The notes under the pieces: generated by a model
Told to the model about the DNA's origin: nothing
The model's database searches: none
Seen by the model: only the letters and a program-made list of their open reading frames with translations
Shown: piece after piece, positions 37,939 to 47,615 of the stretch
How the letters are laid out: each line of letters opens with the position of its first letter
Position numbering within the stretch: position 1 is the first letter of the stretch
Translations under genes and position numbers: made by a program
From: Halieaceae bacterium UBA4452
GTDB taxonomy: Bacteria > Pseudomonadota > Gammaproteobacteria > Pseudomonadales > Halieaceae
Length of the DNA stretch: 64,000 bases
NCBI GenBank assembly: GCA_002389505.1
Contig: DGPA01000019.1
Span: 8 to 64,007 of the forward strand
Direction: 5' to 3'

Positions 37939-38067
37939 ATCTGTCTCCCTCAGGTACCGCTGCGCGTTTTTATTACCGCAGCGGTCAATATTTTACCGAC
38001 ATTAGGCGCAGTTTCCATGTGCTTTATGCTATAAAACCGCCATCAAGAATGGAGCACACCTCAGGAA

Positions 38068-40365
38068 ATGGATATAGCGCATGCGTTGGTGAAACGGCGG
38101 TCATTGCTGGCAGTCCTCACAATAGCCACCAGCATTGGTGTTGGCTGGGGCGTGACGAAAACCAGTATCGACCCTCGCTCTGATGCCATTTTGCCTGAAG
38201 ACGACCCCTATGCTGCTCAGGTTGAAGCTGTTGAGGCAGATTTCCCCCGAAACCGGTCAGCGCTATTCACCTTTATTGCCCCGGACGGTGACATATTTAA
38301 CCGTGAAGCCCTGACGGCCATGGAGGCGTTGCACGCGCGCTTTGGCGAGGTGCAGTCTGCCGTGGCGGTGGGCTCGCTAGTGAACTATCGACTCAATCCG
38401 GTCGATGAAACCCAGTATGGGCGTCAGTACTTACTGCCACCGGTAGACAGCTTAAGCGATGACGAGTTGGCCCAGGTGCGAGATATTGCCCTTGCCGATG
38501 AAGACTTGGTGAAGACCCAACTTGCCCGGGATGGCGACATGGCTCTTGCTGCTTTCAAGTATCGGCCCAGCGGTGAAGGCCTGGCCGAGCGCCTTGACAT
38601 CGCGCGCTCGGTTGTGGCGCTGCGAGATCGGTTGCGAGAAGATTATCCCGGCGTTGAGATCTATGTCTTGGGTAATGACCTATTTGAGCTCGACAGTTAC
38701 AACGCACAAATCAAAGACAGAAACAATTTAGCGCCGTTGGTGGCTTTGGCCACTACGGTGTTGCTATGGCTTTGCCTGAACTCGTTGGTTTATGCCCTAT
38801 GTACCTTGGCAGTGTCTTTTTTGGCGATTTTACTCACCATAGGCACCGTAGGATGGTCGGGTTTTGCCTTTAATCAAATTTCCAATATGGGACCTTTGGT
38901 GGTTCTGACCATTGCTATGGCTCACGGCATTCATATTATCGCTATTTACTTGCAGGGTTTGCACGAGGGGCTGACAAAAATAGATGCTCTCGAGCACAGT
39001 GTGCGACTCAATTTACAGCCGGTCACCCTGGCAACCGTAACAACGGGCATGGGGTTTCTCAGCCTCAATTATTGTTCATCGGCGGGAATTTATGGTTTTG
39101 GTAATGCCGTCGCGATAGGCGTTTTTTGGGCCTACTTGGTGACTCTGACATTATTGCCCGCCCTGATTATGTGGGTGCCTACCCGTCGTATTCCCCGTCC
39201 ACTTGGTGTGCGCGGCATGATTCGTCGGGTGTCAGCGTTGGTCACGCAGCGCGGTAACGCGCTATTTTGGGGGTTGTCGCTCATTATTGTCGTCTGTCTT
39301 GCCATGCTGCCGCTCAACAAGGTCGATTTTGATCGTTTTGAATTCATCGATAAGGATTCTGATTTTCATCGTGTCATCACCGCACTGGCCGAGAAGATCG
39401 GCAATGATCAGTCCCTTGTTTACGCGATCGACAGCGGTGAGTACTACGGCATTGCCAACCCTGAATTCATGTTGGAGATCGAGCGCTTTGCGGATTGGCT
39501 AGAAGAGCAACCCGACGTGGGTCTTGTTAACAGCTACGTGGGCATGCTGAAAACCCTTAATGAAGCAGAGAACGACAACGATGAGGCTTGGCACGTACTG
39601 CCCGACGACAATCTGCAGGTCATCGACTACCTTGTGGGTTATCAGTTGGTGCAAGAAATAGAGCCACACCTAGAGCCTATATTCGATCCTGAGTACACCA
39701 CGGTGCGGGTCGTTGTGGGCACCTCTAACCTGTCCAATGTTCAGCTGCTCGAGCTCAATCAACGCATCGAAGCGTGGCATTCTAACAACATAAACCCCGA
39801 CTACCGTGTTTTACATGGCAGCAATACCATACTCTATGCCCGGCTTAACGACACCATTTCAAGACAGTTGCTGGAAGGCTTCACGGTCAGTTTTCTGTTG
39901 ATTACGTTAACGATGCTGGTGGGTTTGCGCAGTGTACGCTACGGACTTATTAGTATCGCGCCCAACTTACTGCCTCCCGCGGTTGTGTTTGGCGTTTGGG
40001 GCCTTTTTGTGGGGCAGCTCAGCCCTTATATTCTCATGCTTTTCTCGATCAGTATTGGGTTAGTGGTCGACGATTCGGTACACGTATTGAGCAAATACAT
40101 GGCGGCGCGTAAGGCGGGGAAAAATCCTGATGAAGCAGTCCGCTACTCCCTCGATAAAGCCGGTTCAGCGATTACCATCACTACGGCTGCATTGGCTATG
40201 GGGACGTTTATATTGGTGTTTTCTAACACCTACTACTATCAAAATGTTGCGCTGATGCTGACCCCGATTATTGTCGTGGCATTGCTGTTGGACGTACTGT
40301 TTCTGCCGCCTCTGCTCGTCAAGCTGGATAACATGTTTGCTCGCCCAGACCAGGTATCCGCCTAA
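38068..40365 (+). CDS. RND-superfamily exporter (COG1033/MMPL-like, 12-TM with two periplasmic loops)
   Basis: 765 aa in two homologous halves, each with a large soluble loop followed by a hydrophobic bundle (e.g. LAPLVALATTVLLWLCL..., LISIAPNLLPPAVVFGVWGLF..., GLVVDDSVHVLSKY). No membrane-fusion or outer-membrane partner gene is adjacent. Confidence 0.75.
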   Translation: MDIAHALVKRRSLLAVLTIATSIGVGWGVTKTSIDPRSDAILPEDDPYAAQVEAVEADFPRNRSALFTFIAPDGDIFNREALTAMEALHARFGEVQSAVAVGSLVNYRLNPVDETQYGRQYLLPPVDSLSDDELAQVRDIALADEDLVKTQLARDGDMALAAFKYRPSGEGLAERLDIARSVVALRDRLREDYPGVEIYVLGNDLFELDSYNAQIKDRNNLAPLVALATTVLLWLCLNSLVYALCTLAVSFLAILLTIGTVGWSGFAFNQISNMGPLVVLTIAMAHGIHIIAIYLQGLHEGLTKIDALEHSVRLNLQPVTLATVTTGMGFLSLNYCSSAGIYGFGNAVAIGVFWAYLVTLTLLPALIMWVPTRRIPRPLGVRGMIRRVSALVTQRGNALFWGLSLIIVVCLAMLPLNKVDFDRFEFIDKDSDFHRVITALAEKIGNDQSLVYAIDSGEYYGIANPEFMLEIERFADWLEEQPDVGLVNSYVGMLKTLNEAENDNDEAWHVLPDDNLQVIDYLVGYQLVQEIEPHLEPIFDPEYTTVRVVVGTSNLSNVQLLELNQRIEAWHSNNINPDYRVLHGSNTILYARLNDTISRQLLEGFTVSFLLITLTMLVGLRSVRYGLISIAPNLLPPAVVFGVWGLFVGQLSPYILMLFSISIGLVVDDSVHVLSKYMAARKAGKNPDEAVRYSLDKAGSAITITTAALAMGTFILVFSNTYYYQNVALMLTPIIVVALLLDVLFLPPLLVKLDNMFARPDQVSA

Positions 40366-40475
40366 CGCTCAATCACGATATCGCTGTCAAGCCGCGACTG
40401 AATACCGAGGGGTTTCAGGTGGTTTGCGAGTCTGCGGCGGCCGACTCGACATCGTCAGAGATGCCGCCGATGAGG

Positions 40476-42485
40476 TCATTGCGCGACGCCAGCGTCGTGC
40501 ACGGCCGCTACGCTGTCTCCTTCCTTGCTCCTCGGCGCAAAGACCAGTAACGCGTTACCGGGCTCGTGATTATACAGGCCATACCCTGAGTTGAGGACCA
40601 TATGTCCTGCGCCAATGGCGGGGCCTGAGCCACTCATGCCGCCGCCCCGGGCCGATACCCCATTGGTTCCCATGCTTGGCGTTTTGGTGTCGTATGACCA
40701 GAGGATGTCTCCGGTTGCACTATCGTAGGCGCGCACGAGACCATCAAGATGGCCGGCGATGACAGCGCCATCTATTGCAGTAAGCGCCGCTGACACGCCC
40801 GGATCACAGAAAGGACGACCTTCCCCGCAAACATTTTCCTGCACGTATTGCCAAAGCACCTTGCCGGTCACGGCATTAACGGCAGAGACCCCGGGACGAG
40901 CTTGGTCGGGATCAAGCCACTCACCGTTGCGGGTATCATTCATATCGTTCATGGGAACAAAGACGGTTGTCCCTGCCGCTGCCATGCCAAAGTGGACGCC
41001 GCCTTGGATGCTTCCTCTCCCCAGCTTCACCTCCCACAGTTTGGTTTGCCCAGTTTCTGAGTCAAGCGCGAATACGCGGCCATCTTTTTGTCCTGCGACA
41101 ACCAATGTTTTACCGTTTCCCACCTCGACCAATAGCGGGCTCGAAGCCTGATCGAAATCGGGACCGTCTTCTTCTGGGCAGTTAGGGTTGTCGGCCATCA
41201 TGCAGGCGACATTCCAGGCATCCCCCGGAAACGTTTGCCGTGACCAGAGGCGCTCACCGGTATCGAGCGCCACTGCAATGATGGAGTCGCTATTAGTGTC
41301 CGCTGGTGATGAGTAGTTTTCTCCCGTACCAAAGATCAGCAAATTTCTGTCAACGTCGATGGTTGGGCTCGTCCATACGGGAGCACCGGAGGGGGCTAGC
41401 ACCTCGGTTCCCAAGCGTGTGGCTCCCACTGCTTTGGGGGGCGTTGGAATCGCGTAACTATCCCAGATGATGCTACCGCTGTCTCCGTCGACGGCTAAGA
41501 TGTGACCCCGGAAGGTGCAACACACATAGTCAGGATTAGCGGCAGTAATGACCTCCAGCGAAGACACGGGCACGAATAGATTTCCTCCGGCAACCGCAGG
41601 CGTCCCTGTCAGTGTGGCGCTATGGTGGTCGTCAGCACTCATACTCCATACAAATTCGCCTGTGCTCGCATCCACCGCATACAGGTTGGCAATGATGTCG
41701 CCAAAATAAGCGGTTGGGACGCCATCGGGACCGCGTTTGCCGAGCGTAATGCCTGTGCGCACCTCAGCGCGAGCGGCGAAGGTCCAGCGCACGCAACCAG
41801 TTTCCAGATCGAAGGCGTAAACGGTACCGTCCTGACTGCCAACAAACACCGCGCCCATGGCAATGGTGGGCTGTGATCTCGCCCGGGTAGCGCCGGGGAA
41901 GCCAAAGCTCCATTTGAGCTCAAGGTCACCCAGTTGGTTTGCGCCGAATCCGGCTATGTCCTTTGAGACATAGCGATTGGTGTCGCGTCCCCAACCGGTC
42001 AGTAGGCCTTCATCAAGTTCAGAGAATGCTGAATGAGGTTCCTCGCACCGCGTGACTTCTGCTACGGCGTTGGGGTCGCCAAGTCGTCTTTGCGTGATGT
42101 ATTCGACAATGTGTTGTTTTTCGCCATCAGCCAGGTGCGCGGCCTGTGACTGCATGATGCCCTCGGTAATCGAGCGATAAAGCACCTGTGGCGACATCAG
42201 CTCCAGCCACGTAGTGTGGGGCGCTTTGTAGACCTGCGCTTCATGACAGCCGGCGCAGTGCTGCGTGTAGAGCGGCTTGCCCGGCAAGGCATCGCGATCA
42301 CCGAGATCACCCACCCATGCATATCCCTCGTCCATGGAGTTCAGCGTGGAGGGTCCTTCGTCATTGTCTAGCGCACTGTTATTGCCTTCGGTTGCACTGA
42401 CTACACCGGCTTGCAGTAGCAGGCTCGCCGCTATGGGGAGCAAGTGAGTAACGCGCCAGCCTGGCGTGGTGTTTGGTTTCGACAT
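40476..42485 (-). CDS. Quinohemoprotein dehydrogenase, PVA-dehydrogenase-like (N-terminal cytochrome c + PQQ-type 8-bladed beta-propeller)
   Basis: ATG 42485 has AAGGAG 8 nt upstream. Signal peptide, then CAGCHE heme c motif, then repeated W-containing propeller blades (KWSF, VRWTF, FVWSM, IIWDS, LWSRQ, LWEVK, VLWQY, ILWSY) and a vicinal Cys pair (VCCTFRG), as in PQQ alcohol dehydrogenases. Confidence 0.7.
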   Translation of the reverse strand: MSKPNTTPGWRVTHLLPIAASLLLQAGVVSATEGNNSALDNDEGPSTLNSMDEGYAWVGDLGDRDALPGKPLYTQHCAGCHEAQVYKAPHTTWLELMSPQVLYRSITEGIMQSQAAHLADGEKQHIVEYITQRRLGDPNAVAEVTRCEEPHSAFSELDEGLLTGWGRDTNRYVSKDIAGFGANQLGDLELKWSFGFPGATRARSQPTIAMGAVFVGSQDGTVYAFDLETGCVRWTFAARAEVRTGITLGKRGPDGVPTAYFGDIIANLYAVDASTGEFVWSMSADDHHSATLTGTPAVAGGNLFVPVSSLEVITAANPDYVCCTFRGHILAVDGDSGSIIWDSYAIPTPPKAVGATRLGTEVLAPSGAPVWTSPTIDVDRNLLIFGTGENYSSPADTNSDSIIAVALDTGERLWSRQTFPGDAWNVACMMADNPNCPEEDGPDFDQASSPLLVEVGNGKTLVVAGQKDGRVFALDSETGQTKLWEVKLGRGSIQGGVHFGMAAAGTTVFVPMNDMNDTRNGEWLDPDQARPGVSAVNAVTGKVLWQYVQENVCGEGRPFCDPGVSAALTAIDGAVIAGHLDGLVRAYDSATGDILWSYDTKTPSMGTNGVSARGGGMSGSGPAIGAGHMVLNSGYGLYNHEPGNALLVFAPRSKEGDSVAAVHDAGVAQ

Positions 42486-42840
42486 AGCATTATCTCCTTG
42501 ATGGGTACTATATTCTTCAGTCTGCACCTGTCGGAAAACGGTGGCACTTTTTATGGGATGACGGCGACGCTGGACACCTGCACGATGCCCTCCATTGAAA
42601 CGCTAGTCTATCGGAATTTATCTAGTCGGTCTGCGATTCAGTCCCACCTTCCTAAATGAAATAGATGTTATTTATAGTAGGCTGCCGCTATAAGCTGCTC
42701 GGACTTTGCACAACGTAAACTTGGGCTGCGTGACTGAGCCTTCAGGCTGCCTACCCCAATAGGCGCCCGCATCGCCTAGGTGTTCCGTCAACCCGATACA
42801 TTCGTTTTCAGTGGCCCAAAGCCATCAATTGTGCTTTTTT

Positions 42841-44235
42841 CTATAAAGCTCGCAGGTACCAAAGGTAGTCCAAATCGGGAATCTGGCTATGGTAGTCATT
42901 GCTCTCACCGCGACGAATGGCGCTATAGACCCGGGTAAACTTCGGGCCAAGATAATCGCGCAGCACCTCACTGTCAGAAAAAAATTGGATGGCGTCATCT
43001 AAACGAGTGGGTAGGGACGTTTGATCTTCAGAGAGGTCCGCTTCACGGGCCACGGGAGGACCAGGATCTCCTTTTTGGAGGAGGCCCCAATGGATACCCG
43101 CTAAAACAGCGGCCAGCACGACGTAGGGATTGGCATCTGCGCCGGCAACACGATGCTCAATGCGACGACTGTGTGCAGCAGAGCGCGGGATGCGTAGTGC
43201 TACATCACGGTGGTCATAACCCCAATTTTTCCCCGAGGGCGCCAGCGCACCGGCTTGAATGCGACGATAAGAATTAGGGTTTGGAGCAAAGCAAAGCATT
43301 GAAGCGTCGAGCATAGCGCTCAAACCCGCTACCGCATGACGCAGTCTGGGCATGAGTTGGGGTGGGTTACTGGGGGTGTTTTCGGCAAAAATATTTTGCT
43401 CCGCTGCATCGTAAATACTGGCGTGAATATGCATACCGCTGCCCGGAATGTTGGCAAAAGGTTTGGCCATGAAAGTGGCGCCAAAACCGTGTTTTCGAGC
43501 AACGCCCTTGACAATTCTGCGCAGCAGTACCGCGTGGTGCCCTGCGAGGATGGCATTGCTTTGGTGATGGGTGTTTATCTCCCATTGACCTGGCGAAAAT
43601 TCACTGTGGATCGCCGTGAGGGGTACGCCCTGAATCTCACTGGCTATGCGTACATCATTGAGAAAGCCATCACAATCAAAGAGGTCGTCAGGCATGCAAT
43701 ATTGAATGCCCTCTTGAACCCATTGAGTTCCTGGAATATTGCCTTTTAGCGGTGTAGGGCGGCCGTCTTCTGATTGCGCGAGCAGATAAAACTCAAGCTC
43801 TGTGGCGACCGTGGGGTATAGGTCTAGGTTTGAAAATTGTTCAAGCACCGATACCAGCGGCGCGCGCGTATCAACCCAATCAAGATCGCCTTCCTCAGTG
43901 GTATAAGCCACCATGACCTGCGCGACAGGCGATTCGTACCACGGGACAACCGCGAGGGTGCCTGCGATGGGGCGAATAATCTGATCGGGATCTCCACCCA
44001 GCTCCGGATAGGGTGTTGTCGCGTAAAAATCGCCACGGATACCTAATAGCGGCGCAGACTGGGGCGATAGAAAAGAACCGCTAAACAGTCGTTTAAATTC
44101 TGACCGCTGGATGCGTTTACAGCGAGCAATACCTGAGAAATCAGGCATGATCAGCTCGAGCACCTCAATACTTGGATTGCGCTCCAAAAAGCAATCGAGC
44201 TCGGCTTGGTCCGCATAGTCCATTAAAATACCCAT
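42841..44235 (-). CDS. Glutamine synthetase family protein, gamma-glutamyl-amine (PuuA-like) ligase
   Basis: 464 aa with a GS catalytic domain (ATELEFYL, GSGMHIHAS, NPNSYRR, RIEHRVAGADANPY). It is divergently paired with a PuuB-like FAD oxidase rather than sitting in a glnA context. Confidence 0.8.
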   Translation of the reverse strand: MGILMDYADQAELDCFLERNPSIEVLELIMPDFSGIARCKRIQRSEFKRLFSGSFLSPQSAPLLGIRGDFYATTPYPELGGDPDQIIRPIAGTLAVVPWYESPVAQVMVAYTTEEGDLDWVDTRAPLVSVLEQFSNLDLYPTVATELEFYLLAQSEDGRPTPLKGNIPGTQWVQEGIQYCMPDDLFDCDGFLNDVRIASEIQGVPLTAIHSEFSPGQWEINTHHQSNAILAGHHAVLLRRIVKGVARKHGFGATFMAKPFANIPGSGMHIHASIYDAAEQNIFAENTPSNPPQLMPRLRHAVAGLSAMLDASMLCFAPNPNSYRRIQAGALAPSGKNWGYDHRDVALRIPRSAAHSRRIEHRVAGADANPYVVLAAVLAGIHWGLLQKGDPGPPVAREADLSEDQTSLPTRLDDAIQFFSDSEVLRDYLGPKFTRVYSAIRRGESNDYHSQIPDLDYLWYLRAL

Positions 44236-44366
44236 CCCTTAACAACCCCTCAAAATAGAAAATCGCACCCTGTTTGTCTACCTCTCGTATAGCATATTCA
44301 TCAACCCACTTCTGTATTGGTACACTAGCCGAAGCTTACGGATGATCAACGCGACCGAGGTTTACC

Positions 44367-45668
44367 ATGTTTGGCTTACGCCCACTTCAAGAGACCCGAG
44401 AACACACGCAGTCGTTTTACGCCGCCACAGCCAATACCCCCACGGCTTATCCTGCGTTAACCGACGATAGGCGTGCCGATATTGTGGTCGTAGGCGGGGG
44501 TTTTTCCGGCGTTAATACGGCTCTTGAGCTGGCTGAGCGTGGTTTTGACGTCGCGTTAGTAGAGGCCAATCGCATTGGTTGGGGAGCGAGTGGTCGCAAT
44601 GGTGGCCAAATTATTGGTGGTATTGGCCATACGCCTGAGCGCTTTAAAAAATCGATAGGTGCTGACGGCATCCGGGCAATTCACCGCATGGGCATCGAAG
44701 CGCGGGAGGTGATTCGCCAACGAGTAGAACGCTACGCGATTCAATGTGATCTTAAGTGGGGCTACTGTGACGTTGCGCTGAAACCACGACATATGAAACA
44801 GTTCGCACAGTGGCAGGCCTTCGAACAAGCGATTGGGAATCCCCATCCCTACACGCTGCTAGATCGTGAACAACTGAAAACCTATGTCAATTCAGATCGC
44901 TATCTGGGCGGTTTGCACAATACTGCTAACGGTCACTTGCATCCCCTCAACCTGTGCATTGGCGAGGCGCAAGCCCTCGCTGGTCTAGGCGCGAGTATCT
45001 ACGAGCAGTCCCGAGTAGTGACCATAGAACAGGGTTCAACGCCGGTGGTCCGCACTGAAGCGGGGAGTATCAGCGCCAATACCGTTATCCTCGCTGGCAA
45101 CGCCTACATGGGTGGCCTAGTGCCCAAGCTCAGTCAGCGTGTGCTGCCCTCAGCGAGCTCTGTTATTGCCACCTCCCCACTGTCATCTGAACTGGCCAAC
45201 GCACTGTTGCCCGGCGACGTGGCGGTCTGTGATCCGAGAACAGCACTGGACTATTTTCGGCTATCGGCCGATCGGCGCTTACTCTTCGGCGGCCTGTCCA
45301 ATTACACCGGGTTGGAGCCAAAAAATCTCAAGGAAGTGATGCATAAAAAAATGACCCATGTCTTTCCCGAACTCGACAGTACGGATGTGGACTATGCCTG
45401 GAGTGGATGGATTGGTATTGGCATTAACCGCATGCCACAACTGGGCCAGCTGTCTGACAACATTCACTATATTCAGGCCTACTCAGGGCATGGCGTCGCC
45501 CCTACGCATATGATGGCCAAACTGACCGCTGAAAAAATCGCTGGCGAATCCAGCCGCTTCCAAGCCATGGCTAATATTCCCCATCTGGCGTTTCCAGGCG
45601 GTCCACTCATGGGCCGATTACTACTCGCTGTAGGCATGTCGTATTACAAAGCGCTCGATTATTTGTAA
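44367..45668 (+). CDS. FAD-dependent oxidoreductase (DAO family, gamma-glutamylputrescine oxidase PuuB-like)
   Basis: 433 aa; ADIVVVGGGFSGVNTALELAERGFDV...GASGRNGGQ. GAGG SD 7 nt upstream of the start. Confidence 0.75.
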   Translation: MFGLRPLQETREHTQSFYAATANTPTAYPALTDDRRADIVVVGGGFSGVNTALELAERGFDVALVEANRIGWGASGRNGGQIIGGIGHTPERFKKSIGADGIRAIHRMGIEAREVIRQRVERYAIQCDLKWGYCDVALKPRHMKQFAQWQAFEQAIGNPHPYTLLDREQLKTYVNSDRYLGGLHNTANGHLHPLNLCIGEAQALAGLGASIYEQSRVVTIEQGSTPVVRTEAGSISANTVILAGNAYMGGLVPKLSQRVLPSASSVIATSPLSSELANALLPGDVAVCDPRTALDYFRLSADRRLLFGGLSNYTGLEPKNLKEVMHKKMTHVFPELDSTDVDYAWSGWIGIGINRMPQLGQLSDNIHYIQAYSGHGVAPTHMMAKLTAEKIAGESSRFQAMANIPHLAFPGGPLMGRLLLAVGMSYYKALDYL

Positions 45669-45810
45669 ATCGCCCTTGTAGCGTAGTCAGGTGACCACGT
45701 TTTAGTCCGATGTCGAAAAATATGCCATAGTCGGTAGCTCATAGGGGGCAGGTCATAGTGGTTGCGAGCGTACCATCAGAAGATAGCGTAGTAGTGGTCA
45801 ACGAGGTGAT

Positions 45811-47553
45811 TTGCCGTTGAGTTTATTCACGCTCACCATTGCCATCAGTGTCCTGCTCTTCGTGGCGGTAGGCAATTATGCAGGACGAAAAGTCAAGAAT
45901 GTAGACGACTATTTTGTGGCAGGTCGGCAGGCGCCGACATTACTCATAGTGGGAACGCTCGTGGCGAGCCTGATGAGTACAACGGTATTTATGGGGGAAG
46001 CAGGCTTCACCTATGCGGGGCAGTTGGGACCTTATCTGCTGCTGCCAGGCATCACCGTGACCGGATATATTTATGGTGCACTGTTTTTTGGAACCTATTT
46101 ACGTCGCAGTGAAGCTACCACGGTGGCCGCTTTTTTTGGTGAGCGATTCGCCGATAGGGGTGTGCAACGTATTGCTGGACTAACCGTCATTGTTGGCCTT
46201 GGCGGCTATTTGCTGGTGGTGACCCAAGGGGCAGCGCTGTTGGTCGCCGAACTCACCGAGTTTAGTTACATCGGTGCCATCGTTATCGCTTGGCTGAGCT
46301 ACTCGGCCTTCACACTTTATGCGGGATCACGCGGAGTTATTTTATCCGACACCCTTATGTTCTTGTTGTTTACCGGCGCGACCCTGTTTTTTGTCGGATA
46401 CCTTCTGGAGGAATTTGGTGGCATCCAAACGGCGATCCAAGACTTAACGCGCCAGACAGTGAAGCCGGAACTGACCAGTTGGCATGGCATTATTGGCGAG
46501 GGCACAAGTTGGCCCACAGCACTCGATTTTTTTATCTGGTTTCTAGTGATCGATCTGTCTTGGAGTTTGGTCTATGCCATAAGCCCCTGGCAGGCTAGCC
46601 GGCACCTCATGGCAAAAAGCGAACACGTTGTTTTACGTGCATCTATTTACACCTGCATCATCGTCATTTTTCTGCAGATGCTTATTTACGGTGCGGGTGG
46701 GCTTATTAATCTTGCAAATCCGAATATAGAGCCTGTCGAGACCGTTTTGATATGGGCGGCCACCCATATTGTACCGACTTTTCTGGGTGCCTTACTGGTG
46801 GCGGGTATTGTTGCGGCGGCACTGTCCTCAGCGTCGACTTTTCTTTCCTTGGTGGGTTTTAGTGTCAGTCGCGATCTCATGCCCGAACGCAACAGCAGCA
46901 GCTTGCGATTCACGCGTATAGCGATGGGCTTGGTCAGTCTGGTCGTGTTGGCGCTGAGCATTGTAGTGCCACCCAATGTCTTTTGGATAACGCTGTTCAT
47001 CGGCACTGTGTTCGCCTCTAGCTGGGGGCCTGTGGGATTGCTGAGCATTTGGAATAAATCCATCACCGCCCGGGGCGCACGCTGGGGAATGGTGGCTGGA
47101 CTGGTGGGGAATATCATTCCAGCAGGTCTTGATTATGTCGGTTTTATTGATCTGCCCAGTTATTTTGAGCCGGTACTCCTGGGCATTATAGCGTCACTGG
47201 TGGCGGTTTGGATGGGGTCGCGCGGCCAGTCGCCCTCAGCCACCGAGCAGGCTTATCGTAGCGAACTACACAAAACCCCTCTGACCGATATCAGCGCCTC
47301 AGAAACTCGAATTACCCTACTGGCGCCCGTCCTCCTGCTGGTTTATGGGGTGTCAATGCCTTGGCTACTGCTCTATTACTATGTAAGCCCTTATCAAGCA
47401 GCGGCAGGGCTGCTGCATCCCGATGGATCGCTGAACTGGCAGTATCTGGAACCCTGGTTTGCGTTGGGGCCGGCGTTGTTACACCTCCCGCTGGGGCTGC
47501 TGGCGTGGCATGTTATTCGCGACCGCTACATGCCAAGACAGCCTGACGAGTAA
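45811..47553 (+). CDS. Sodium:solute symporter family (SSF) transporter
   Basis: 580 aa, polytopic, with SSF-like features (DYFVAGRQAP near the N-terminus, many TM segments). TTG start next to GAGGTG; the exact start is uncertain. Confidence 0.8.
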   Translation: MPLSLFTLTIAISVLLFVAVGNYAGRKVKNVDDYFVAGRQAPTLLIVGTLVASLMSTTVFMGEAGFTYAGQLGPYLLLPGITVTGYIYGALFFGTYLRRSEATTVAAFFGERFADRGVQRIAGLTVIVGLGGYLLVVTQGAALLVAELTEFSYIGAIVIAWLSYSAFTLYAGSRGVILSDTLMFLLFTGATLFFVGYLLEEFGGIQTAIQDLTRQTVKPELTSWHGIIGEGTSWPTALDFFIWFLVIDLSWSLVYAISPWQASRHLMAKSEHVVLRASIYTCIIVIFLQMLIYGAGGLINLANPNIEPVETVLIWAATHIVPTFLGALLVAGIVAAALSSASTFLSLVGFSVSRDLMPERNSSSLRFTRIAMGLVSLVVLALSIVVPPNVFWITLFIGTVFASSWGPVGLLSIWNKSITARGARWGMVAGLVGNIIPAGLDYVGFIDLPSYFEPVLLGIIASLVAVWMGSRGQSPSATEQAYRSELHKTPLTDISASETRITLLAPVLLLVYGVSMPWLLLYYYVSPYQAAAGLLHPDGSLNWQYLEPWFALGPALLHLPLGLLAWHVIRDRYMPRQPDE

Positions 47554-47615
47554 TGACATAACCGACCAGATTGATCAGCGAAGATCTACCGAGTGGAACG
47601 GATTTAGCTGGCGCT

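Noticed and set aside
42841-44235. Calling this gene housekeeping glutamine synthetase glnA
   Set aside because: It is divergently paired with a PuuB-like FAD oxidase and lacks the glnA-ntrBC context, so it fits the gamma-glutamyl-amine ligase paralogues better. The exact substrate is unknown.
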